From NCBI GenBank assembly GCA_963714275.1, contig CAVQNT010000001.1, positions 98,098-162,097 of the forward strand: a stretch of 64,000 bases of DNA, in the 5' to 3' direction. This DNA comes from Candidatus Bathyarchaeota archaeon. GTDB taxonomy: Archaea; Thermoproteota; Bathyarchaeia; Bathyarchaeales; DTEX01. Shown one piece after another: positions 10,842 to 22,742 of this stretch. The position numbers were made by a program, and so were the translations under genes. How positions within the stretch are numbered: the stretch's first letter is position 1; each line of letters begins with the position of its first letter. The notes beneath the pieces were generated by a model. The model saw only the letters and a program-made list of their open reading frames with translations. It was not told the origin of the DNA and did not search any database.

Positions 10842-12321
10842 GTGCCAATGTCAAGAGGACAGACGATTCCTGCGGTTATCTTCTTACTTTTATTAGGCAG
10901 CAGTATGCCATTTAACGCCTTATCTCAAAATTCCGAAACTGAAAATCTTCAATGGTTGAAAGTAAAGGGCAGGTGGATTGTCGATGAAGACGGAAACTCT
11001 GTGCTCCTTAGGGGTGCAGACTACATGGGGATGGAGTTCGGTTGGTTTTACCATTCTGAGGAAGACTTTTCTAGGATGAAGAGTGGGGTTTCAATGTTGT
11101 TAGACTTCCAATAGCGTGGAGTGACATTGAGCCAAGAGAAGGTTATTATGATGACAGCTACTTAGCAATACTTGACAGGGTGATTTCATGGTGCAGGAAG
11201 TATGGTCTCTACATTATCCTTGACATGCATCAATGGAACTGGGCACCGAAATTTGAAGGAAACGGGCTTCCGGATTGGGCTGTTGAGCAGTATTCTGACC
11301 AAGACCAAGCTAAAGTCGGATTTTTCAGGAACGAAACCATACAAGACCAGTTTTTCAACATGTGGCGTTATGTAGCCAACAGATACAAAAATGAGTCAAC
11401 GATTTTTGCATATGATATTTTTAACGAACCTAATGTTGACTACAGATTAATGAGCGAGGAATCTTTCTTAGAAAGGCTGTATAACTTCTACCAGAGTGCT
11501 GTAGATCACATTAGGGTGGTGGACATCAGACATGCCGTAATGATTGAGCCACCTTGGGGAGGCGGAATCACTGATTGGTCGATGATTTATGATACTAATT
11601 TAGTGTTGTCCACTCATCTTTACACTGAAGGGACAGGGATGGAGTGACGGGCTACGATGGGAATTCCAGCGAGCTTGAGGCTGACTTCTTAGTGGGTTAT
11701 AATTTCTCTTTGATTTGGAATTTACCTTTAGTCATCGGTGAATTTGGCGTAGGCTCTGCAGCAACCAAAGCGCATGAGTGGACAAGAGATTTCATGAACA
11801 TCTTTGACAAATACATGGTGAGTGCTTGTTGGTGGTCGTATTGGAGAGATGACGACTCGATGGGGTTGCTCACGTCGAATGGTGAAGAAAAAGAGAACCT
11901 GCTTTCAGCCCTGGTCAGAATTTATCCTTGCAGGTTCAACTATGCCCCTACAAGAATTGAGTGACGATATCGACATGAATGTATCGGAGACAGAGTGGTA
12001 CTTGGACAAAGAGGACAATATTGTAGTACATTTAAAATGCCATCTAGAATAGGTGGCAACCTCTCGAAATCCACCAATTTTGACTCAGCGTTCTTTTCCT
12101 TCATTAAAGATACTTCCGAATTGAGGGTCACACTTCATGGTCAAGGAGGAGGTTACGTTCAAATTGGTCAGAAACCGTCAGAAAATCCATCTAACGAAGA
12201 AAGACCTAAATCGATATTTCGAGATCCGGTCTTCATTTTTTCTTTTACTTTAAACATCATACTATTATTGACTGTCATAGCTCTCCGTCACAGGCGCATG
12301 CGATCTCAGAAATATCCATAA
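10842..12321 (+). CDS. GH5 glycoside hydrolase (cellulase/endoglycoceramidase-like), signal peptide and C-terminal TM anchor; several apparent frameshifts
   Basis: LRG, GFNVVRLP, IILDMHQ, DIFNEP (acid/base), STHLY, IGEFG (nucleophile), WWSY. Confidence 0.88.
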
Positions 12322-12400
12322 ACTTTTACATATTCTATTTTTGTGAATGTTTTCAAAGCTTTCTGCACATGTGTCATTGAAAAGAAACTTTGTTACAATA

Positions 12401-12733
12401 TTAACTGGTTAATTGTTTCACTAGTTCTCCGAAGAATTGGTCAATTCGATGTTTCGCTTGTCCAAAATCAACCAAAGCCGTGATCGTTGTAACCGGTGTT
12501 TCTGCTACAACTGAAACTCTCGTTGTGTTTTTGTTTATAGGCGTCATGTCAATTAAAAGTACTGAACCTAAGAACATGAAGCTTGTTTTCGTCTTTGCTT
12601 TAATGTGATGTGTTTTTTCATCGATTTGTTCTATATTACATTCTAGGCTAAGCACCTTTTGAGTAGCCAGCCAAACTTTGTTCAAGGAATAGGCAATTTC
12701 TACTATTTCCTTCTGTTTCCGTAAATAAGCCAT
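12401..12733 (-). CDS. Hypothetical protein (alpha/beta fold, DUF3568/SRPBCC-like)
   Basis: 110-aa ORF with ATG and GAGG RBS. Confidence 0.65.
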   Translation of the reverse strand: MAYLRKQKEIVEIAYSLNKVWLATQKVLSLECNIEQIDEKTHHIKAKTKTSFMFLGSVLLIDMTPINKNTTRVSVVAETPVTTITALVDFGQAKHRIDQFFGELVKQLTS

Positions 12734-13036
12734 CCTCTAAATCATCTTTTTTATTTTTGACAAAGAGTTCATGATCTAATATGCCTTGCTTCTGTTGACA
12801 CCGTTATTGTTAATGTGATTTTTAGGTAAATTGATTAATATTTTTTACCTTTTTCTCTCAAAAATCTTATTTGTTTTCAGATTCATTCGTATTATTTTTT
12901 TGTTTTTCTCTATAGGTGTAAAAAAATATGGTATTTGTATGGTGTGTGTGAAAAACACAAACAAAAAGAATGTTATACATTTACTTAGAAAATGTTAAAT
13001 ATGGTTGACTTATAGAATTTAACTGGTGAAAATACA

Positions 13037-13222
13037 TTGCCAGAACCAGTTTTTGAATGGTATAAAGACAAGGCTGGAAAGTTTAGGTTCAGGTTAAAAT
13101 CTGCAAACGGAGAAATCATTGCTACCAGCGAAGGTTATAACTCAAAAGATGGATGCGTAAACGGCATAGAATCAGTCAAAAAGAATGCGCCGGTAGCAAA
13201 AGTTGTAGAAGCGAAAAAGTAA
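13037..13222 (+). CDS. YegP/DUF1508 (HVO_2922-like) protein
   Basis: FEWYKDKAGKFRFRLKSANGEIIATSEGY...NGIESVKKNA; GGTGA RBS. Confidence 0.92.
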   Translation: MPEPVFEWYKDKAGKFRFRLKSANGEIIATSEGYNSKDGCVNGIESVKKNAPVAKVVEAKK

Positions 13223-13448
13223 ACACCAGCAGTCTATAACCAATCCCTCCTTTTTTATTATTTATTGTGTCTGTCGAGACCTTATCAAGTTTCCTTGTCT
13301 TTCTGTCTACAGTAAATATTTAAGAAATTTTATTAAAGTTTTTATTAGGATCTTGAGAAAGTCCAGTTTTAGAGTTTTACTATTATCTATTTGTTATTAT
13401 AAATAATTATTATTTGGTTGTGTTTCACAAAAAAAGAAGATGGATGGG

Positions 13449-13842
13449 TTACTTTAATCCCATCTTTCTAGCGTATTTTGCGATCAAGAAGATTACTGCA
13501 GCCACTATTATAAAGTCCAAGATAACGCCAACAAAGTCTCCGAGTGCAAAATTCATGCCATTACCAATAGGCAATGAAACCACAGCTGTGCGCCAGTCTC
13601 CTCCTGACAAGAACGCGCCTGGAATGGGCATTATGATGTCACTGACAAGTGCTGAAACGACTTTACCTATGTAAGTGCCCATTATGAAGCCTATTGCTAG
13701 TCCGATTACTCCAGCCTTACCAATGAAATCCTTGAACTCGTTCAAAAATCCTTTTGGCGGTGGAGGTGGAGGAGGCGCAGGTTTAGGTGTTAGCAGCTCT
13801 GTAATCTTCTTTCAGCTCATTCAAGACTTCTTTCTGAGACAT
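13449..13842 (-). CDS. mscL: Large-conductance mechanosensitive channel with Pro-rich N-terminus (frameshift near 13810)
   Basis: EFKDF...VIGLAIGFIMG, LVSDIIMP, GDFVG.ILDFII.A.VIF; upstream MSQKEVLNELKKITELLTPKPAPPPPPPPKG. Confidence 0.9.
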
Positions 13843-13939
13843 AATTTAACCTCTGAGGTTTTGTTTCCTTTATGTTGAATAAAAATATTTCTTATTGTGT
13901 CAGCAGCTAAACTCAACTCCATCTATTCCCTTAAAGACG

Positions 13940-14263
13940 CTATTTCTGAATCTTTCCCCCACATTTAGTGCAGAACCGGGCGTCGGCAAAGTTCTTTTCA
14001 CCACAATTTGGGCATACAACTGGTTCTGGGCTGGTCGCCTTTCTTATTTCTTCTTTTGCTATTGTGAAGGCTTTCTCAATTTCTTTGCTGGCAACTGCAA
14101 AAGCTTTGTTCAGTTCCTCTCCCATTTCAGCAAAGGTGTCTTTCCAGTCTCCACTTGGCAATGCAACGTTTGCTGCTTTACCTTTACTGGTTCTAGCGCC
14201 ACATTTTGAACAGAAATACGCGTTTTCAGAAAGTTCCATTCCACATTTATTACAGAACGTCAT
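13940..14263 (-). CDS. Double zinc-ribbon protein
   Basis: FCNKCG...FCSKCG and CPNCG...FCTKCG flanking a helical linker. Confidence 0.85.
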   Translation of the reverse strand: MTFCNKCGMELSENAYFCSKCGARTSKGKAANVALPSGDWKDTFAEMGEELNKAFAVASKEIEKAFTIAKEEIRKATSPEPVVCPNCGEKNFADARFCTKCGGKIQK

Positions 14264-14530
14264 GTATTTCACCAATGTTATATTAACAAAAGCATCGTTT
14301 AAAAGTTGTGACAAGCCAGCCAGAGAAGAACTCATGATGCAGGGAATATTATTAGTGAGTTAGTGTGGATACTATAGCACCCAGGTGGTGCGCGCGCGCT
14401 TTGAATATGAAATTATGGTTGTTTTTCTTGGCATAATGATTGTAGAATATTATATAATAATCCTATTTTATAATAATAGTAGGAAAACTTTTTAGGGTAG
14501 TACTTACTTCATTTTCTTAAGGTGAGGCTA

Positions 14531-14760
14531 ATGCGGAATATTGTAAAGGTGACAAGAAGAGGGCAGACCACGATTCCTGCCTTGTTCAGACGGGAATTTG
14601 GGATTAAGGAAGGAGACGAACTGGTTGTTGAGGTCACCAAGGAGGGGTTGCTTTTTAGGGTGATCCCTAAACTTGAGGAATTGGCTGGCGCATATTCGAA
14701 GTATGGTAATGTTGAGGAAATGAAACAGGAGATTGAGAAGCTTAGAGAGGAATACGAGCT
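14531..14760 (+). CDS. vapB: AbrB/MazE-family antitoxin (VapB); stop codon corrupted
   Basis: VKVTRRGQTTIPALFRREFGIKEGDEL; natural end near LREEY. Confidence 0.85.
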
Positions 14761-15158
14761 CGAAAGAAGTATTGGACAGCTGTTTCCTCATTGAACACTT
14801 TTACTCAACCGACACAGAGATGAGGCGGAAGACTTCCCGTAAACTAAGGGAGTGAATAAAGAGTAGGGAGGGTTTGCTCCCGACCATAGTCATTGGCGAG
14901 GTCGTTCGTGTAGTTTGCGAAAAAGTGGGGAAGGAAGAAGCGGAAGCCTGCTATCTATCTCTAATCAGAAGCGGACTACGTATCCAGGACTTGAATCAGG
15001 ATATTGCAAGACAAGCTGGCTTGCTTAAATGCCGATACAGGAACATTTCTATGGGTGACTGCATAATTGCCTCATCAGCCATAATCAACAAAGCAAAAGT
15101 AGTTTCAGACGACACGCATTTTGACTTCATGAAAGAAGTGAAACGTGGATGGATCTGA
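14757..15158 (+). CDS. vapC: PIN-domain toxin VapC (in-frame TGA at 14853, probably a GAG CTG miscall)
   Basis: EVLDSCFLIEH...PTIVIGEV...SMGDCIIA...VVSDDTHF acidic PIN residues. Confidence 0.8.
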
Positions 15159-15217
15159 TGAGGTGATTATAGCTAACCGAAAAGTTAGTGAACTAAAAAG
15201 GTAAGGATGTTGAAATA

Positions 15218-15405
15218 AAAGAGAAGCCTTAGACTGCTGATGAAGAGAAACAGCTTCGAGATTTGATTGCTCAGGACAAGACGATTACTCACATCGCATT
15301 AATAATGCATAAGTCTCATCAAGCGGTTATGCGGAAAATTCAACGACTTTGATTAGAAGAAGAAGGATTCTGCGTACGTGTTTGTCCTTCTTCTTCTAAT
15401 TTAGA
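15218..15405 (+). pseudogene. Decayed Myb/GcrA-like HTH protein of mobile-element type
   Basis: KEKP*TADEEKQLRDLIAQDKTITHIALIMHKSHQAVMRKIQRL*LEEEG; stops at 15230 and 15350 replace the expected W and G. Confidence 0.6.
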
Positions 15406-15746
15406 TAGACTAGGGTTTTTGTGTGATATACGATACACACGATATACCGAGTAAACAGAAGCGGATAAACGTAAATAAGAGAGAGAGAAAAGGGTGGAAT
15501 TTGAACCCAACCATCTGAAGATGTCTCCCACACTCCCTCTTTTTTTCTCTATAAATAAAGTAAAACTAAATATTTTCTAGCAAGCCCAAAACTTCCTCTA
15601 TGTTCCCTTAACCAAGACGACTAAAATATGCCGTCAACTTTTCAGAGCACCTTATGCTTATACTAGCGATGACTTATTAACTGAAATGTATTTAGTGATT
15701 ATGCATATGTAAGTTGAGGAATATAATAGAAATGATGTGATACAAC

Positions 15747-16751
15747 ATGAAGGCTCAACTTTGTACGCGAATAGATGATATTGAAAATAAGCCTCTTTCC
15801 TATGAGATTGTCGATGACCCCAAACTGGAACCCAACCAAGTGTTAATCAGGATCAAGGCATGTGGAGTTTGCCACTCGAACCTTCATATGATAGAAGGTG
15901 AGTTTAAAGAGTTTGGTATACCCACTAAACTACCGATAATACCTGGACATGAGATTACAGGTGTCATAGAGGACCAGGGAAAGGATGTAAAGGGATTTGA
16001 AGTCTGTGAAAGGGTAGGTGTGCAAGTACTATATGAGAGTTGTAGAAGATGCGAATATTGCATTACTGGAAGGGAAAATCTTTGTCTAGATAGGAAGGCT
16101 ACAGGTGAAGTGGTTGACGGAGGGTACGCTGAGTATATAGCTATCCCATATGATTTCATATACAAGCTCCCAAACAACATAGGATTTGAGGAGGGTGCAC
16201 CTCTTTTTTGCCCGGGTGTAACAGCATATCGGGCTGTAAGAAGAGCTGGCGTGAGATTTGGACAGAGAGTTGCTGTAATAGGTATAGGCGGGGTTGGTCA
16301 CATGTCACTACAGTTCGCTAAGGTTGCAGGAGCTGAGACAATGACTATTGATAAGTTTGAAGGGCAACTTAAACTAGCAGAAGATCTTGGGTCAGATCAT
16401 GCATTTCTTGCTGATGATGCTGAGAAATATATATCAAAAACAGGAAAAATGGATGTCGTAATGCTTCATGCGCCATCACAGAAAGCCATTAATCAAGCAA
16501 TTAGGATTGTGAAGCGTGGTGGAGTAATATTGATGGGTGTCCTAGGTGATATAAGAATAATTTTCCCAGAAGAGTACTCCGTTATCAGCAGTGTAATAGG
16601 TTCGAGGCAAGACATGAAAGAAACACTAAATATTGCGTCAATGGGTAAGATCAAAGTCAAATGGGCACCTTACAAGCTCAGCGAGGCAAGCGACATACTC
16701 CTAAAACTGAAGCAAGGGCAAATAATTGGAAGAGCAGTTTTGGTACCTTGA
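15747..16751 (+). CDS. Zn-dependent alcohol dehydrogenase (MDR family)
   Basis: CGVCHS, PGHE, CxxCxxCxxxxxxxC, GIGGVG. Confidence 0.93.
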   Translation: MKAQLCTRIDDIENKPLSYEIVDDPKLEPNQVLIRIKACGVCHSNLHMIEGEFKEFGIPTKLPIIPGHEITGVIEDQGKDVKGFEVCERVGVQVLYESCRRCEYCITGRENLCLDRKATGEVVDGGYAEYIAIPYDFIYKLPNNIGFEEGAPLFCPGVTAYRAVRRAGVRFGQRVAVIGIGGVGHMSLQFAKVAGAETMTIDKFEGQLKLAEDLGSDHAFLADDAEKYISKTGKMDVVMLHAPSQKAINQAIRIVKRGGVILMGVLGDIRIIFPEEYSVISSVIGSRQDMKETLNIASMGKIKVKWAPYKLSEASDILLKLKQGQIIGRAVLVP

Positions 16752-17100
16752 TAGTCAGCTAGGGTACAAACTTTATACTAATGCATTTAATATAATATCA
16801 TTCTCTAAATTGAAAAATTATCCTAAACCAATAACTAGCCTTATTCTTTTCTAATGATAAAAAAACATCCTTCCTTTATTATCAATCCTAATTATCTATT
16901 TTTAATATTTTGAACGTATGTCTCATTTGTCAGAGAGCAGTAAGGATATAACATAAGATAAAAAAAGATAAAAAGAAAATGATGAAGAGAAAAAGATTAA
17001 ATTTTGGCTAGCTAGCTTTGCTTGGTGTTTAATAGTATCGAAAAAGTTAGAAGATAGTATTTCAAGAAAAATGTGAAAAGTAAATGGCGCTGGACTCGAA

Positions 17101-17838
17101 TTGTATGATTTGAATGGACTTGAATGGTTGATAGTTTCGATATGTGCGCTTATGATTGGTCTTACTAAAACAGGAATTCCAGGTTTAGGTATTTTGGTTG
17201 TTTCGTTGATGGCAGGCGTTTTTCCAGCTCGCGCCTCAACCGGCATAGTTCTTCCCATGCTGATGTTTGCAGACATTTTCGCTGTAGGCTACTATCGCCG
17301 TCAAGCGGTATGGTCCCATCTCTTACGTGTGATGCCATGGACTGCTTGCGGCGTTGTTCTAGGCTACCTGTTACTGGGAACGGTTAACGATCAGCAGTTG
17401 AAACCCTTCATAGGAATCATTGTGTTAGTTATGCTTGGAGTAAACTGGTGGTGGGAGCGGAAAAGTGAAAAAGTGTCAATTCCGACACGATGGTGGTTTG
17501 CTGCAGGAATCGGAGTAATCGCCGGCGTAACAACAATGATGGCAAACGCTGCAGGCTCCTTTATTGTGATTTATCTCTTAGCCAACCGTTTGCCCAAAAC
17601 CGAATTCATAGGCACAGGCTCTTGGTATTATCTCATTTTGAATTGGTTTAAGGTTCCGTTCAGCCTAAGTCTCGGGCTCATAGACAGCCAATCATTACAA
17701 TTCGACCTGATTCTTTTTCCAGCAGTCGCCATCGGCGCATTAAGCGGCATAATAATCCTGAAACACATATCAGAAAGGAGATTCAAAGTAATATTAGAAA
17801 TCCTGACTGTGGCTACTGCGGTTAATCTTCTCTTGTAA
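17101..17838 (+). CDS. TauE/SafE sulfite-exporter family membrane protein
   Basis: GLTKTGIPG, STGIVLPML..AD, TTMMANAAG, FIGT..W...N..KVPF; about 8 TM helices. Confidence 0.88.
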   Translation: MYDLNGLEWLIVSICALMIGLTKTGIPGLGILVVSLMAGVFPARASTGIVLPMLMFADIFAVGYYRRQAVWSHLLRVMPWTACGVVLGYLLLGTVNDQQLKPFIGIIVLVMLGVNWWWERKSEKVSIPTRWWFAAGIGVIAGVTTMMANAAGSFIVIYLLANRLPKTEFIGTGSWYYLILNWFKVPFSLSLGLIDSQSLQFDLILFPAVAIGALSGIIILKHISERRFKVILEILTVATAVNLLL

Positions 17839-18026
17839 GATGCATATTATCTCACTATGAGAACCAAGAATTAGCCTCTAGCTATCTATGAATCACCACT
17901 CTCAGTGAATATTAAAAGCTCTGCTTTATGGATAACCTGGCTGATAAAACGTTGAATTTTCGGTTTTAATAATAAATTCGGAAAATTTTAAGAATTAATC
18001 TGCAAAGCAACTCCGAAGCTTGTATC

Positions 18027-18996
18027 TTAACAGGACGGGTCAAGTAAGATTTTTATAGCCTCCTTTTGGCGCAACATCCTAAACGCTTTCTGCCATTCCG
18101 TCATTGGCATCACATCACTGATGATTGCGTCCAGCTTCAAACTCTTTGTGCGAATCATATCTACAACCTCATCCAAATATTCCAAGTTGCCCCCCCATCT
18201 GCCTAGGATGTTAATGTTCTGCTGTGCCACTTTCTTCATATTCACATTCCATGGTCCTACGCCTATGCCAGTTACTGAAATGCGACCATTTCTAGCGATG
18301 CATTCCACAGCTGCCTCGATTGCTGCAGCAGCGCCGGATGTCTCGAACCAGACTGAAGGCGCATCTTCATTCTTTATCTTTTTAATAGTCATTTGGCTGA
18401 ATAGTAAGGCCTCATCAGACTCCCATCTCCAAAGCTTTAGGTAGGCGTACTTTCTCGTCACCCGGTCCACCTAAAACCGTGATGTGGGATGCACCTTCAA
18501 GCCTAGCAAAGTTAGTAACAAGTAGGCCAACTGGTCCCGGACCAGAAATTACGATACGTTCCCCTTTTTGTAGACGGATGATATCCCGCACCCATGATAT
18601 AGGTCCAGTTACTATCTCAAACTGGGCAGCCTCTTTTAGTGTAATGCCCTTCGGCAATTTCCACATGGTATCTGCTGGCACCTGAAAATATTCCGCAAAA
18701 GCACCATCTCTCTCCCTGCCAGGCCATGGAGATGGACCTCTATGGAAGGCGACAGCTTCACCCTCCTCAAATTGGGTCACATTCTTGCCAACTTTAGCTA
18801 CTACACCTGTATACTCATGACCTAAGATAAGTGGTGTTGGAATCTCATCCAATCCGCTCTCTCGGTGTAAGTCACTCCCACAGATTCCACAATAGGTTAC
18901 CTTCAGAAGGATATCATCGTCCCCAATTTTTGGAATAGGGACATCTTGAATCTCAAGGTTACCTTTCCCTGGTGCTGTCTTAACCAAAGCGCGCAT
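18027..18996 (-). CDS. Zn-binding sugar/threonine-dehydrogenase-like MDR (frameshift at 18417)
   Basis: CGICGSD, LGHE, GPGPVG; continues in ORF 18027-18470. Confidence 0.88.
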
Positions 18997-19208
18997 TTTA
19001 CTTTTTTCTCCTACTATTAATGGTTGAAAATTAATAACTTGATTACTTCACTGAGTTATTAAAGTTTATGTAAAAGACAATAAATGTAAAGTAATTTAGT
19101 GGTTCCTTTACCGCACGGTAGGCTTGTAGTACGCATTTTAAAGAATCAACTAGGGCATTACGTATTTAGTTATATTAATGTAGTATGTAAATTGTCATTA
19201 TTTATAGA

Positions 19209-21234
19209 TCAATCGCGTACGCAGAATCGATAGTCTACGCAAAGTTCAGAGTCTATCATCTGGTGTCCTTCCAACTTTGGAAGCGAGAACTCGACGCGAT
19301 CATTTTTCCGGTCAAAGTTTAACGCAACTTGATCTGGCACAGACAAAACCTCTATAATCTTCTTTGGTACTTTCACTGAGACTTTAACATTGAACAGTGG
19401 TATTACATCCTCTATGATATCGAAATCTTGGCACCGTCTTTCAGGCACATAGTGAAGCAAGTGCAATATCCAACGATCTTTGGCAGATTGCTCATTGACC
19501 GTGACCAGTGTCGTTGTGGGAGCTCCTAAACGTACTAAGGGTTCTGGAAGTAAAATTTCCAGAGCGTTTAGGAATAGTTTTTTACACCATCGTGGTGCGT
19601 TCTTGTTGTATTGATGGAAGATGGGATGCATGAAATAGATTGATCTACCATTCTGGATAATGCCAGGGTAGCCTACTTTTCCTGTAGATGGGGTGTGACG
19701 ATGCGAGCAGAAATGCTTGTAAGTTCGGTTGAAATATGGAACAACAGTATCAGCCAATACTTGGCTACCCGGTTCAACCTCTACTTCTAAGCCATTCATA
19801 TACATCACATGTTCAGTCTCTGGCAGTCCTTTACCGATATCTCCCTTAGGAACGACGAAGTCAGGGCTATAAGGTGCTGGTCCTTTCAATCTGACGCCGA
19901 GGTTTTTGAGGGCGAATTCAGTCTTAGAGCTATTCAAACCAGATTCGTAAGAAACAATGATTGAGCCACCTATAGCAACGAACTGTTCTATCTTGTGGGC
20001 TAGATCCGTGGAAACTGGGATGTCATCAGGTAATATGACAACCTTGAAGCCCAATAAGTCGGAAGCAGAATCGATAATCTCGAATTGATGAAAGCCCTCT
20101 TGTAGCATACATGTAACGCCGATTATTGCTGGAGGAATGTTGCCACGGTAAGATGGGCCCTCCACAAATTCTTCGGGTGTAAAGACGCCTATTTCGCTTA
20201 TAGGTCGCGCATTCTTACACCATGGCTCTTTCTTCTCAACTTCTGAATAGACAGCTCCGATCAGGTTATAGGTGACTGGACAGATTTTTCCGGAAGGATG
20301 TAGTTGGTCGCCTATGGAGCATTTCGCAGCCAGAGTGCTAACATCCTGAAGCACTCGAATTCTAGGGCTTGCTTGTTCTTGAATGAATGGAAATCTCCCC
20401 ATGAAGTATGGAACTTGCCGGTCATGCCCATCAGATCTATTCCGAGGTTACGTGCATAGCGCGCGGATATTGGAAAGTGCATGTATCCCCAACCTCCGCT
20501 GGGTAGTGATTCCAGTTCGAAGTGTGTATAAGTGTCCACTGTACTTCTATGCATGGGCCCGATGTGCCCAGAATTGTAGAAGATTGTGCAGTCTTCGTTG
20601 CGCTTGCGTACAAAGTTTGTCATCTCAATCTTAAAGTTATTTATGGTTTTAAGTCCATACTCCCATCGTGCCTGTGAGTCTGAGGGTTCCAGATCTTCTT
20701 CTTCCATTCCTGTTTGGCAATATCTACATGAGCAGTCGCGCGCTTGGACTATATCAAAGAAGATGCCATCTGTAGGTAGTGTTTGGAGAACTTCATTGAG
20801 GTGAGCTTTTAGGAAGTCTCTATATGGCGAGTTTACGCAAAGTGTTCGATAAAAACCAGGTTCATATGGTTTTGTACCGATAGGACACCCGTTTTCATCT
20901 ATCACCAGCCATTCCGGATTTTCGTTGGCAGTATAGTGATCCCATTGCACTGTGGTGTAGATAGGTACTCTGATATTCCGCTTGTGACAAGCCTCGATCT
21001 GTTCCTTCAGAAGATTCCTGGTCAAGTAAGGGTGACGCCTCTCTGGGAAGACCTTAGTATCAAAGTAGATCCAACCATGATGGCATCTCCCAAAGCAGGT
21101 TATTGAGTTGACCCGAGCTTCTCCAAAGTAGACGCAAATTTTTCAGGATCGAATTCTAATCCTACATTGACAATTTGTTCGCTTGTATGAAAATCAAGAT
21201 GGACTTGACGAAATCTCAATTCGATCTTGTTCAC
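19209..21234 (-). CDS. GH151-like alpha-L-fucosidase (GHL6 TIM barrel + trimerisation/Rossmann domain + beta-sandwich); two frameshifts
   Basis: RFRQVHLDFHTSE...VNSITCFGRCHHGW, IRVPIYTTVQWD, DGIFFDIV, ELESLPSGGWGY, GMTGKFHTSWGDF, SIGDQLHP. Confidence 0.85.
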
Positions 21235-21384
21235 TTCCTGAAGTTCCCCCATATTTTCCGCTCATTGTCAACTAATCCGGGATAAGACATAAATCAATAT
21301 CGCTTGTTTAAATTTCTCATCTAGAAAAAGTGATTCCTTGTGTTTTTTTCTGGTTTTTTCGTATGCCTGTCGGTCATAAGTGGG

Positions 21385-22173
21385 CTAGCAAGATTGCCAT
21401 GGGCACTGGTTTGCATAAAACTTGACCGTTATTTGTGGAAACTCATCTTTAAGCATATTAGTGAAATGTTTCAATCCTGGATTCTCTGATATTACATGAC
21501 TGGTCTCAATCATAGGTATTCCACATTCTGAGGAGAAGAGAAAGCCGTATTCATCGCTCTCACCAGCAATAAATACGTCACAGCCTTTCTCTATCAACTG
21601 CTGCTGATATTTAACATTAACAAATAACCCAAGTCCGCCCCAAGGCAGACCAACCCTTCCCACCTTCTGTTCCATACCATTAGGTGCTGATACCCTTACC
21701 TCGTCAATACCGATCCTTTTTTTGACTTTTTCCACCAAATTCTTGAGAGTGCACGTAGGAATCTGATATATTTTTGAAAGATCATCAGCTTTTACAGCTT
21801 CTCCTAGTCCTAGTTCTTTAGCAAAATCATCAAAAATGCAAATTTCATCTAATGAACCGTGTATACGAAGAAACGTAAGATTATACTTCATAAGTAGAGA
21901 AGTGCGTTGAACATTGGTTTGCCACTTTTCCCAGCCTAGAGGGTTGTCCTTTCGTACTATCGCATCATAAGGATAGTACAAGCTCTCATGAGCTATAACA
22001 AGGTCACTTCCAGTTTTTCCAGTTTCTTCAAGAGCACTAGAGGTAGCCATCCAGCAAACTAGGACTTTCTTAATCGGTCTCTCTAAGCTGCCATATTGTA
22101 CGCCTTCATCCACATTTAAGGTGTGTCTGGTGAGAGATTCCACATACTCTATAATGTCTTTTACTCTGATCAT
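21385..22173 (-). CDS. Nif3/DUF34-like dinuclear metal protein
   Basis: DLVIAHESLYY, RIHGSLD, FIAGE, ETSHVISENPG. Confidence 0.8.
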   Translation of the reverse strand: MIRVKDIIEYVESLTRHTLNVDEGVQYGSLERPIKKVLVCWMATSSALEETGKTGSDLVIAHESLYYPYDAIVRKDNPLGWEKWQTNVQRTSLLMKYNLTFLRIHGSLDEICIFDDFAKELGLGEAVKADDLSKIYQIPTCTLKNLVEKVKKRIGIDEVRVSAPNGMEQKVGRVGLPWGGLGLFVNVKYQQQLIEKGCDVFIAGESDEYGFLFSSECGIPMIETSHVISENPGLKHFTNMLKDEFPQITVKFYANQCPWQSC

Positions 22174-22180
22174 AAATCAC

Positions 22181-22625
22181 TCACTTGCATTTACCTTGTT
22201 CGTTTGGAATATAAAGCCTTAGACCTTTTGGATTATTTCCAGAGCTCTTCGAGACCCATATCGACAAGACATAAACGTCACAGCCGGGGTTGTTATGTAC
22301 TAGCACTCGTAATATTCTTATATTGAAAATTCTCGCGGGTTGAGGGGTATAGAATCCAAAGCGGTACCTTAACTTATAAAGCTCGGCTGAACTTCTAACC
22401 GTGCCGATCATATATATCACTCGGTGATCGTAGTTCAGGCTTCTGCAACACTTGCTTCTTTGATAAGACGGATCTCAGGCTTCCATTTTAAATGGGTATC
22501 CGGGAAACTGATGAGTAACTAAAGTTGACCATAGATAAGAGACTGAATCTTCAGTAAGCCGCAAATACCTTTCATCACCTGTCTCTTCATGCAGATTCAA
22601 ACGATAAGTTGTTTACAACTTGGCA
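22181..22625 (-). pseudogene. C-terminal remnant of a possible (alpha/alpha)6-barrel sugar enzyme
   Basis: LHEETGDERYLRLTEDSVSYLWS fragment, no start, internal stops. Confidence 0.3.
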
Positions 22626-22742
22626 AACATTAAAGCTAGTTGTATCAAAAAATTTCAGATAATTTAAAAAGATAAGAACAACAGATCTAGAGTGATGGAA
22701 CCTTCCAAAATATGAATTGGACTGGAGCACGAGGGAACACTT

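Noticed and set aside
15492-15509. tRNA gene
   Set aside because: Only a T-arm-like fragment; no D-arm, anticodon arm or acceptor stem.
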